A stretch of DNA of 54,170 nt, the filler included, from Dimargaris cristalligena (taxonomy: Eukaryota), in NCBI GenBank assembly GCA_003614675.1. It is 4 parts of 4 records of this genome, joined end to end, with 100 filler letters (N's around TTAATTAATTAA, not from the genome) between each part and the next. Parts side by side here need not be neighbours in the genome. Positions count along the whole stretch, not along the records: positions 40,776 to 54,170 come from ML002989.1; 3 more parts are not named here. One strand, written 5' to 3'. Position 1 is the first letter of the stretch; each line of letters starts with the position of its first letter. Of this stretch, positions 48,604 to 54,170 are shown in pieces. Position numbers and translations under genes: made by a program. Below the pieces are notes generated by a model. The model saw only the letters and a program-made list of their open reading frames with translations. It was not told the origin of the DNA and did not search any database.

Positions 48604-51600
48604 ATGTCCCCCATCGACCCTGATGGTGAGTTCCCAATACTACCTTCCGCTCTGTTTCACCCTTATCCTACCTCTAGCTTCCTCGTAAGAGGCCATTGGT
48701 GCGGGGTCTCCCGTACACTGGTTGGTTCAGAAGCCATTGCATCAACCTGCTTGCTTTCTTTCTTGCTTGCTTGTGAATGTCCCGTCTAACGCATTGCCTA
48801 TCAATAGGTCCCATAGAGACAGCGTGTCGCTAATACCACTCCTAACCCAGTTGACAACTATATTCCAATATTTGGTTATTGCCTGACTGGCTTATCTAGA
48901 CTATGCATCGGAACCAAAATATGCCAAATATGTCCAATTGGTGGAACGATGCCTTCAATCATTTGATTACATCAATGAATGGGCTGACGTGACCGCTTTT
49001 TTGGCCAAACTCACTAAGGTAAGCTTGGTCATTTGGGTACTAACACTCTCAGCCAAGCCCTACATGTACTTGCTGTCACTGGGCCGGGCCCATAATATAT
49101 GCAGCCACTTAATTGCCCCACGACCCTCGCACTGACATCCTCCATCAGCCTACACATCGCCATTCCTTTACATCTAGGCCTTTCAAACATACCCGCAATT
49201 CACTACCATCCCGGCCAAAGAGGTCGTAGCAAAGCGCTTGGCCCAATGTCTTAATCCTGCCCTGCCCACGGGGGTCCACCAGAAAACCCTTGAGTTGTAT
49301 TCGTTTATCCTCCAAAAGATTAGTGTAAGTTGGGAATACCGGATAATCGTTGCTGATAATACTTGGCCGTAGTACATATAGTCTCCTGTCCCTCTTTCGA
49401 CCGGATCTTCTCCTTACCAATCCCCTTTTACTGTATAATATGTAAAACCCCGACCACCAGACCGAACAACTAGCCAGCGACCTGCCCCTATACTCCTACG
49501 GCTTATTCCCGTTTTTAAAGCACGCGTCCATGTCAGTTAAAGTAAGTCGCCCGCTTCAATGTATCTAAAATATGAGGTTTTGACGTCTATTACCTGGAGT
49601 AACGGATATATATCAATCTATTTATATTGATACCCCTGTTTACAGGAAGTAATATCACCCACAATATAGTCCACCAGAAGATTGGTCATTTAACTCTATA
49701 ATACCCCTCTTTATATATCGTCCCCAAATTCAACCATATCTTTTGGATGATCGTCCCCACTAGCCTACGCTTCTATCGATATTTGAGTTGTTTTATTTAC
49801 CTTTAAAGAGCCGCCTACGCGGTTGTCTAAAGGGACTTCTCCTGGCCCTTTTGCCCGGCCTAGAGGAGGAGAACAACGAATTCTTTGATCAGGTCCTACA
49901 ACTCTTTGATTCCATTTGCCGGAACGTCGAACAAACCTACTTTTACCAGGCCCTCTTTCTGTGCCTCATTACCGCCCCCGACCTTCGGGGAGCTGCTCTA
50001 CACTACTTAGCCCGCCGCCTCCCCAAACTCACCCAGCTAGAGGATGTCAGCTTCGTTGTGGGGGATGATCCCAGTCTAATGGTCCACGCGTTTGCGGCCA
50101 CGTTGCGCGACCAAAATCCCCTGGTGCAGCGAGCGATACTCGAATTGCTGGTCAATAATTTTAACTTGGATTCGCAGCTCATTGATGGCAAGGACATTAC
50201 TCTACTACTTAGCGCGGCAGTCGAAGTCATTCTACGCCGTGACATGTCCCTTAATCGTCGACTTTACGCTTGGTTCCTCGGTAGTTCGGACAGTCGCCGG
50301 GACAAGCAGGAGTATTTCCGCAAATATGTGCATCACCATCTAGTGCTTGCGCTCAAGGTAAATACCCGACAATAACTATAAGTCTTATGTATAGAAACGC
50401 TTTTGATCGTGGATCTTCTTTAGCCATCCACTTATTGATTTAGGAGATCGCGTTATCTTCGCTGTATACTATTTTGAATAATGTGAACAAGGCTAAAAAT
50501 ACACTACCCTTTTTTTTTTTCATCGGGGGTTTTTGACAAATCTCAGCCAATGTGTCGGTTTACTAACTCATTTCTATTTTATAATACCTGCCTTTGTACG
50601 GCATTATTGTTCCAATGTGTATGCCAATCTAAATACTTCCAGGATATGTTCCGCATTCGTTCCACGGACCTTAACCTTTTACAAAAGCCTTACCGCATTA
50701 TGATTTCGTTGCTCGATCGGTCGGAAATCGGCATTCCGCTTATTCAAAACCTCATTCGCGATATATTACGCTGTACCTACGAATTCACCCGCAAAAACCC
50801 GGTTCCCCAAAGCGACAAGGTGCTTCAAACCGCCCGTATGTTTTTTGAAATGACCGACCCCTACCTCATTTGGGCCAAGTTAACCAAGGTGGCCTTACGG
50901 TGCTTGGACTCAAACACGCCGCAGCAGGAGGCCGAGGAAACGCTGGAGCTGCTGGACTTCTATATCCATGATATCTATATGGAGGAGGAGGAAACGAGTC
51001 TGGTTCACCTACCTCTGGTACTCTATAGTCTTCTGGCTGCTGTTGAACGACATACCAGCGCACCCGTTACCGATACCACGTGGCATACGCGGCAAAGACT
51101 TATTCGTTGGCTTTGGGCTCTTCGCCTGAGGCTTCCTGATTCAGTCTTGGATCTCAATGTGGCCTATCTGGTTAGCATCATGCCTTCCAGTGGGTCGGAT
51201 GGAACTAGCCCCCATGATACAACCCCATTGGCGACCGATATGCCCCAGCGGCTAGACCAACTGGTAGGCCAGTTCTACCAGATTCCCGCGCCTGGTGCTA
51301 ATGGTGCTCAGTCCGACGACATTTTATCCGAAGATCAGCAGATTGTGTCCAAGGCGACGGTTACCGGTCTCCTGGACGCCATCATGTTGGTCGTTGACCG
51401 GGAACCCGGTCGGTCCTTGAATATTCCCCCCGGTCCAACCTACGCCGACGTGGCTCTCCAGCGCCTGGCCCACCTGGTTAAATGGCACGCCGATGTAATC
51501 GGACAACGCGAAACCAGTGACCAGACTGTTTCCCCCTTTCTCCTGGATACTCTAGAGCAATTACTTGACCTGTACCAAGAGTTGGCTTCCCAGGAAATCT

Positions 51601-54170
51601 CGGCGCCCGACTCAGAAAGAGGTCCGGTTACCCAGCCAAGGGGCGGTCTCAGTACCATCAAACCACTTACCGAGCGCCTTTTCGAATGTCTCCTAGTCGT
51701 GCGTGATTTTAATGTGCTGCGCCGAGGCCTGCAGTTTACGCTTGCTGCCATTGCACAGGGGCTATTACCCGCCCAGGACTTCCTCCAGCCCTCATCGACG
51801 TCGGACCCCAACGGACCAGCCGTCTGTGAACAACTCATCGACCACTTGTGGTCTTTCCTATCCCCCGGGTTCGCCAACTACCATTTGCTGGTGGTCGAAC
51901 TTCTGTGGAATATGGTGGACGTCCTCGGTTTGACCCATGTGGAAGCAGCCCTGCGTACCTTTATGGGAGTTTCGGACCCCACTCTCAAGGAAGTAGCCAT
52001 GACCCGCTTCGCTGTTTTTTGGTCACTGTCAGAGCGATTATCGGCGGCCGACCTGACTCCCGTCCGGCTACCGGACCCAGGGCCATCGGTGAATATTGGT
52101 TCATTCAACTCTGCTCACCCTTTACTGGCATTCAGCCGCCTGGTTCTTCTTTCGTTGGATAATCTAAAAGACACTCAAGCAACCGGACTGTGCCGCATTA
52201 CGGAACAATGGATTCGGGGTAATTTGGCCCATCCCCAGCGGATCGTCAATACTTTTGTAGCCCTTTTTCTGCTGGACCCCTCAATGGTGCGGGATTCGCT
52301 CGTTTTCCCCATTGAAGCGGATAGCGACGGTGCGAACCCGAACGAAACCCTGGCCCCGCTCCAGCTACTCTCCTATCGCCACCCCTTCAATGCGGACCAA
52401 ATGACCTATATTCTCAGCCAGTTTTTCATTCTTTGTAAAACGGCGGGCCAGCCCCTACTCCATTGGATGTTGGAAACGCCTGTCCCCGAAGTGGTGCGCG
52501 GCTTAATCCGGGATAGCTCCGACTCTAACCACTTTGCGCTGCAACCCCTCACGGAACAGAGCACCTATATGGAGGTCATTCTCGAGCTCATTTTCCGCTT
52601 TATCATCAGCCATAGTTACCTGGAAACTGGACTCACCCTCTACCAGCAAGCCCATGGCAGCGGGGACCTATCCGCTGCTTCCCCTCCCTCTCCCCCTCGC
52701 GAACACCCGATCCAGACGTCAGCCCTCCGCTTGGCCCTGTTCTTCCTCACCCACATCCCCTACTTGGATACCACCGCCCGTAGCCGAGCCGAGGCCTGTA
52801 CCATCGATGAGCTGTTCTACTGTGTCCAGCGGGGCATTATCAACCTGCAGCCCAATCTACTGCGACTGCTTTTGTCGATTATGGCTGTGAAGACCCAGTC
52901 CCCCTTGACCACGTCAGGAAACCCCAACCGCCCTCTCCAGCACCCCTACGAAGCCACCCAGCAGTTGATTGGGATCAATATGGACCGCTCCCTTAGTTCC
53001 GGGGACAGTAACCGGCTCAATAACGCAGCACTGTTTCAGTCACCGTCGGCCCGGTTGGCGGCCCCCCGATACCGTGTTGCTAGCGGACAGCTCCGGCCCT
53101 TCGATAGCCCCACGGTGGCCCAGTCACCGAGCGCCCGTCCCTCGGCCTCAGAGAAAGCCAACTCCGCTGGTGATGCTCGATCGAGCAACAGCCACTTGGA
53201 GTCGAACCCCCTGGTGACCCGAGTGATCCTTGATGCCCTATTCCTACCGTCTAACCGACGGGTGCTGCGCTCCTGGGTTGATTTTGTGGCCCTCGCCATG
53301 TCCCAGTTTAGCCAATCTTTCGGACGTACCCTCTGGCCGATTGCGGTACTGATTTGCCTGCAATTGAAGGATGCCAAAGAAACCCTGCGACTTGTGGCGG
53401 AATCGACGGAAAGCTCCCTGTATCGGGGCCAATTGGCTCGGCAAAGAATCTGCTTTGTATCCCAAACACCCCGAACCACTGACCCGGGCCAGGGGGGAAA
53501 TAGCACAGTTGGCGAAGGAGCGGTCGCCGTGCCGAGCCGACGCTCGTTCTTACCGCCGGAATTGCAACCTGCCCCAGCTTTAGGTGACCGCCGTCACCCG
53601 CTGGCTGCGGGTTTCACTGGAACTCCCACGAAGCCCCGTAAAAACTCAACGGACCCCGGGGTAGGACCCGAGTTGGCCCTGGCTATTTATGACCAAGCGT
53701 TGACCTATCTGGACGCCCTGGAACATCTCCTGGTGTTTTGCCTAACGGACCAGAATGTTGTGGAAGGGGCCGTCAAGGGAGCCGATTCGCACCAATGGAT
53801 TCAGTACGGGGTGTATACCGCGCTATCTCGTTCCCGGCACCGACACCAGAGACAGCAACAGCAGCGCGGCCATGCTGGAAGTATTTCGTCTACCCATGCC
53901 ATTGACCTGACTAAAACCACGGCCTCCAGTTCCGCGGGCAAATCAGCGGCGTCCAAAGGTGCAACCGAGGGCAGTCCATCCGGTAAGGCCGCTGCGGATG
54001 CCCACCCTTCTCACCATACGCCTAACCATTCAGCGACTGGGTCCTCCGTCCTACACCCCATGACTGGCCTACGGTTTTTCGCTGATGCAGTGGCCAATGT
54101 GTTTGGGGCCTCGGGTGAAGTGGCAACCACGGCCACCAACCGTAATATTCGCCAGAGTGTACGGGAGAGG
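48604..54170 (+). CDS. DOP1: Dopey-family protein Dop1, 5' part; exons approx. 48604-48625, 48900-49018, 49178-49325, 49461-49541, 49764-50357, 50643->54170
   Basis: Dopey_N motifs KYAKYVQLVERCLQSFD..EWAD, KRLAQCLNPALPTGVHQKTLELY, LLPGLEEE, LRRDMSLNRRLYAW, KPYRIMISLLDRSEIG. GT-AG introns; the last exon runs off the window. Confidence 0.95.

Noticed and set aside
1-54170. CRISPR arrays, tRNA, rRNA, hammerhead or HDV ribozymes
   Set aside because: No regularly spaced repeats, cloverleaf/T-loop context or complete catalytic cores seen by eye; a covariance-model scan would be needed to exclude them.

Overview
Eukaryotic (fungal) genomic DNA with GT-AG introns. The gene set and a bacterial-style NRPS with an epimerase domain suggest an early-diverging fungus such as the zoopagomycete Dimargaris, but that is inference only. 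The window is not contiguous: three 100-nt artificial N/TTAATTAATTAA/N linkers join four ~13.4-13.5 kb contigs (1-13531, 13632-27127, 27228-40675, 40776-54170). Contig 1 holds decayed CpG-free repeat DNA, a solo LTR with a perfect TSD, three small secreted-peptide genes, a ~0.9 kb strongly structured non-coding segment, RCF2 and partial TRM13. Contig 2 holds a Pro-rich unknown protein, a membrane protein, a six-exon GRIP golgin (Imh1-like) and the start of BPL1. Contig 3 holds a truncated intronless NRPS (partial C-A-T-E-C-degenerate A), a second solo LTR and a Kex2-type cationic peptide gene. Contig 4 holds an intron-retaining JMJD6 pseudogene, decayed repeats and the 5' part of DOP1. The most interesting signals are the candidate structured RNA, the secreted-peptide genes, the unusual NRPS and a RIP-like CpA/TpG-to-TpA signature in repeats. 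All analysis was by eye; no searches were run.
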